Shown here: one piece after another, positions 46,081 to 48,887 of the stretch | How positions within the stretch are numbered: the stretch's first letter is position 1 | Layout: every line of letters begins with the position of its first letter | DNA from: a virus | Lineage: Duplodnaviria > Caudoviricetes | IMG/VR virus record: IMGVR_UViG_3300043683_000017 | Location: 1-48,887 of that record | Length of the DNA: 48,887 nucleotides | Reading direction: 5' to 3' (one strand) | Position numbers and translations under genes: made by a program | The notes under the pieces: generated by a model | The model's input: the letters and a program-made list of their open reading frames with translations, nothing else | The model's database searches: none | Told to the model about the DNA's origin: nothing

Positions 46081-46491
46081 CTACGGGGCGGGTAGGGGCT
46101 CAGGCGGGGCGGTGGAGGCGGTCGTCTTGCTGCGCCCCGAATACCAGGGCAGCGCGAGGCCGTCGTTCTTGGTCCGGGGCACGACGTGCAGGTGAAGGTG
46201 GAACACGGACTGCGTCGCCCACCGGCCGCGCGAAGTGATCACGTTGTACGAGCCGAAGTCGTCGCACAGTTCGGCGGCCCGGTACATGGTCTGAGCGGAC
46301 ACGACGGGGTCGTCCACGAAGTCGCTGACGTGCTCGCGCGGGACGACCAGGACGTGGCCCGGCACGACGGGTCCGATCGGGACGATGGCGATGGTCTCGT
46401 CCCACTCGCGGACAACCGTGGCGGGCGCGCGACCAGCAACGATCTCGCAGAACGGGCAGCTCGCCGGCCTTGTGGTCGTGGTGTTCTGCAC
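46081..46491 (-). CDS. HIT family nucleotide hydrolase
   Basis: CPFCEIV, PGHVLVVP, QSVFHLHLHVVP histidine triad. Confidence 0.9.
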   Translation of the reverse strand: MQNTTTTRPASCPFCEIVAGRAPATVVREWDETIAIVPIGPVVPGHVLVVPREHVSDFVDDPVVSAQTMYRAAELCDDFGSYNVITSRGRWATQSVFHLHLHVVPRTKNDGLALPWYSGRSKTTASTAPPEPLPAP

Positions 46492-46519
46492 GGGGTCTCC
46501 TGGTGTGGGCGGGACGGGC

Positions 46520-46771
46520 TCAGACGGCGGGGGTCAGTCGGTAGCCGGTCTTGCGGGCCGGGTCGTCGTGGAGCTGGCTGACGTCGATCTGGCGGCGCCG
46601 GTCGAGGAACGCCCGCCCGTGCCTGTCGAGGTGGACCGTCGCGACGAGGATCTTGCTGCCGTCGAACAGCCCCGGGTGGAGCACGCGGATACGGATGTAG
46701 TGCTCACCGGGGCGGGACCGTGTCGGCTTGCACGCCAGGTACTCCTGGCCTTCCTCGATGCGGCTGCTCAC
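46520..46771 (-). CDS. Hypothetical protein
   Basis: RBS AGGAG; typical codon bias. Confidence 0.6.
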   Translation of the reverse strand: MSSRIEEGQEYLACKPTRSRPGEHYIRIRVLHPGLFDGSKILVATVHLDRHGRAFLDRRRQIDVSQLHDDPARKTGYRLTPAV

Positions 46772-46846
46772 GGGTTCTCCTGGTGGTTGCGGGTTGGGGT
46801 GCGCGCGAAGACGGGCGGGGCGTTCGGCGGGGTGGGGTTCTGCGGG

Positions 46847-47206
46847 TCAGGCGGTGTCGAGGGTGAGTTGTCCGGCGGCTTCTCGTGCGGCGCGTCGGGT
46901 GGCTGCGGCGGTCTCGGCGTGGTGCTGCCAGTCGTAGTGGAGGTGGCAGCCCTGGCACATGGCGCGGAGGTTGTCGTCGCCGGAGTGCTCGGGGGTGTGG
47001 TCGAGGTGCGCGACGGTGAGCACGACCTTCGAGCCGGTGCCGTACGCCGTGCCGCCGTTGCGGTTGGGGCAGCGGCCGGTGTGGGTTCCGCGTCCGCACT
47101 CGCCTTCGCACTCGCATTGGCCGGCGGCGCGTTCGGTGCGGATGCGGAGGCTGATCTGCGCCCAGTTCGTCGGGTAGCGGTGGCGGTTCTCGGGTCGGAT
47201 GGGCAT
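46847..47206 (-). CDS. HNH-like Zn-binding protein
   Basis: YPTNW, CECEGEC, LTVAHLDHTPE...NLRAMCQGCHLHYD. Confidence 0.78.
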   Translation of the reverse strand: MPIRPENRHRYPTNWAQISLRIRTERAAGQCECEGECGRGTHTGRCPNRNGGTAYGTGSKVVLTVAHLDHTPEHSGDDNLRAMCQGCHLHYDWQHHAETAAATRRAAREAAGQLTLDTA

Positions 47207-47292
47207 CACTGGGCTCCGGTGTCGGGGTGGCTGCCGGTGGTGGGGTCGGTGGGGGCGTCTCGCTGGCGCTTCGGGTACGGGAGCGGGGGGCT

Positions 47293-47697
47293 TCACGCGG
47301 CTTCCGCGTCGGTATCGGGTTGGGTTTGCTTGGAGATGCGGGCGGATTCGCGGCAGAGGTCGCACACGATTTCTTCTCGCCGGAGGTGGCGCCGGTACGC
47401 GGCGAGAGTTCCGCAGGGGGAGAGGTCGCGGCGCCGGCCGTACTGGCCCTGGCGCCGTCGGACACCGCGGCGTTCGCTCGGATCGAGGCCGCCCCACACG
47501 CCCTCGGCTTCGCCGGTTTCGATGGCCAGCTGGGCGCAAGCGGGTCGGACGGGGCATGTGTTGCAGATGGATTTGGCTTGCTGAATTTGGGCGTGGTAGT
47601 GGGGGCCAGTTCCGTTGGGGAACCACAGCTCTGGGTCGTGGTCGCGGCAGGCGGCACGACCGGCGGGTTCTCCGCTCGGTGTCAGTGGCATGGTCAT
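47293..47697 (-). CDS. WhiB-family transcription factor with C-terminal extension
   Basis: AC..DPELWFP, AKSICNTCPVRPAC, GVWGGL; extra CGTLAAYRRH...CDLC domain. Confidence 0.92.
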   Translation of the reverse strand: MTMPLTPSGEPAGRAACRDHDPELWFPNGTGPHYHAQIQQAKSICNTCPVRPACAQLAIETGEAEGVWGGLDPSERRGVRRRQGQYGRRRDLSPCGTLAAYRRHLRREEIVCDLCRESARISKQTQPDTDAEAA

Positions 47698-47984
47698 GTG
47701 AAGAGCCCGTCGTCCTGTGGTGGTGTGGTGCGTTCTGTGCGTTTCGCGTTGCGGCGTCCCGTGTCGTAGCAGGTGCGGCACCAGGCCATGAGGGGCACTC
47801 CGGAGCGGAAGGGCGCTGCCGGGTCGGTGGGCGCGGTGATGAGGTGCTGCCGGCCGAGGCCCTTGACGTACTGCCCGTCAACTCGGGGGCATTGGTCGGG
47901 CTGGCGTTGGGTGTTGAGGTGGGTGGTTCCGCATTCACCACGGCAAACGCACTGGGCGGGCGGGGATTCCGGGCGTGTGGTCAC
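47694..47984 (-). CDS. Cys-rich hypothetical protein
   Basis: CVCRGECG..C..WCRTC; overlaps on both sides. Confidence 0.6.
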   Translation of the reverse strand: MTTRPESPPAQCVCRGECGTTHLNTQRQPDQCPRVDGQYVKGLGRQHLITAPTDPAAPFRSGVPLMAWCRTCYDTGRRNAKRTERTTPPQDDGLFT

Positions 47985-48475
47985 GAGGCCACCACGTTCT
48001 GGGCTGCGCCCCACGCCCCGGGGAGCATTGCGTCGGGGGTCATTTCGTAGATGTGGAGGGCGATCTGGCCGCCTTTGACGACGTGGCCGAGGCGCATGTC
48101 CGGGCCGAGGACGTGGAGGTGGTCGTCGTCTTCCAGGAGGCCCGCTTCGACAATCCCGTCGACTGCCGCTTTGAAAGATGGGTACCAGTTCGCCGGGTCG
48201 GCCCGTCGGAGAGACCCCGGGTGGTAAACGCCGAGGATCCACGCGTGCTGCAGGACGGGGTTTTCTCCCGCGGTGACGAGTGCGGCGCGGAGAGCCGGGT
48301 GGGCGAGGCAGGCTTCGCGTGCTGCTCCACGAATGCCCGCGGTGGTTTCGGCGCGTACCCGGTAGTGGACGCGCTGGTTGGCGTTGAGGAGCTTCAGCCC
48401 GGGGGGGAGGTGGAGGGTGAAGTTCTGGAACACCACGGGGGTCGGTGGTGCTGTCGTGATCGGAGTGCTGGTCAC
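47981..48475 (-). CDS. RusA-like Holliday junction resolvase
   Basis: LNANQR, RRADPANWYPSFKAAVDGIVEAGLLEDDD. Confidence 0.75.
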   Translation of the reverse strand: MTSTPITTAPPTPVVFQNFTLHLPPGLKLLNANQRVHYRVRAETTAGIRGAAREACLAHPALRAALVTAGENPVLQHAWILGVYHPGSLRRADPANWYPSFKAAVDGIVEAGLLEDDDHLHVLGPDMRLGHVVKGGQIALHIYEMTPDAMLPGAWGAAQNVVAS

Positions 48476-48819
48476 AGAAGGCTCTCCTGTACGGGTTGCG
48501 GTGGGCAGGTGTGGTCGGCGATGACGGGGTGGCGGGGAGGGCCGGCTCGGATGCTTGTGGCGGTGCGCCAGGTGATGCGCTGGGTGCCGAGGGACCCGGT
48601 GACGAGGTGCCAGGTGAGCTGCCCGGCGAGGAGGGCGAGGAGTTCCTGCATCGGCGTCAGGGGTTCCGGGTCGGCTACCACGTCGAGTGCTGCGACCCGG
48701 CCGGCGCGGGCGGTGAGGATTGGGGCACCGCAGCGACGGCAGGTGGAGTGGCGTACGTGGTCGGCGGTGGCTTCGATGCGTTGCTCGATGCCCGGATTGA
48801 CGGGCTTGCGCGGGGGCAT
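48472..48819 (-). CDS. Hypothetical protein
   Basis: CRRCGAPI...HTC; overlaps on both sides. Confidence 0.65.
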   Translation of the reverse strand: MPPRKPVNPGIEQRIEATADHVRHSTCRRCGAPILTARAGRVAALDVVADPEPLTPMQELLALLAGQLTWHLVTGSLGTQRITWRTATSIRAGPPRHPVIADHTCPPQPVQESLL

Positions 48820-48887
48820 CAGGCGGCGGCCTTGGTGTTCACTGCGCGTGAGCAGAATCGGGGGGTGGCGGGTTGGCGGGGGTTGGC

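Larger units (their letters stand above)
1..48887. mobile_element. Actinobacteriophage (siphovirus) or prophage region; boundaries not in window
   Basis: Colinear terminase, portal, scaffold, capsid, tail, tape measure and lysis genes plus typical actinophage early genes. No integrase or att recognised. The left 6 kb may be cargo or an adjacent element. Confidence 0.93.

Noticed and set aside
47206-47295. Open frame continuing past the WhiB TGA to a TGA overlapping the next start (possible readthrough)
   Set aside because: Only 28 low-complexity codons; easily chance at this GC content.
1-48887. CRISPR array, IS/transposase, DGR or retron reverse transcriptase, rRNA
   Set aside because: No regularly spaced repeats, transposase or RT motifs were seen by eye.

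Overview
High-GC actinomycete temperate siphovirus or prophage segment. A Streptomyces-type host is inferred from GC3 bias, WhiB, a LAXTG motif and DUF2637. Most genes lie on the minus strand, reading right to left. Early/middle genes include a RusA-like resolvase, WhiB, an HNH-like protein, a HIT protein, a sigma-70-like regulator, a tRNA-Leu(UAA), an XRE regulator and a lipoprotein. The head module is terS, terL, HNH, portal, MuF-like, scaffold and major capsid. Head-tail connectors follow, then major tail, a -1 frameshifted tail chaperone, tape measure with an NlpC/P60-like domain and minor tail proteins. A plus-strand glycosylation cassette (3 glycosyltransferases, SAM methyltransferase, NDP-sugar epimerase; 10.7-18.0 kb) sits between tail and lysis genes. 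The lysis region has a papain-like peptidase, GH25 endolysin and holins, followed by a tail-fibre-like gene. The left 6.1 kb is plus-strand cargo: a DUF2637/spread-like membrane operon, a membrane-anchored GIY-YIG nuclease with a TTA codon, and a 57-aa LAXTG micro-protein coupled to a hyaluronan-synthase-like GT2. No integrase or att site was seen. Most notable: a bldA-type tRNA-Leu(UAA), the LAXTG micro-protein plus polysaccharide synthase pair, a recurrent 15-bp near-palindrome upstream of late genes, and A/T-rich synonymous patches over conserved motifs. All calls are by eye; no database searches were run.
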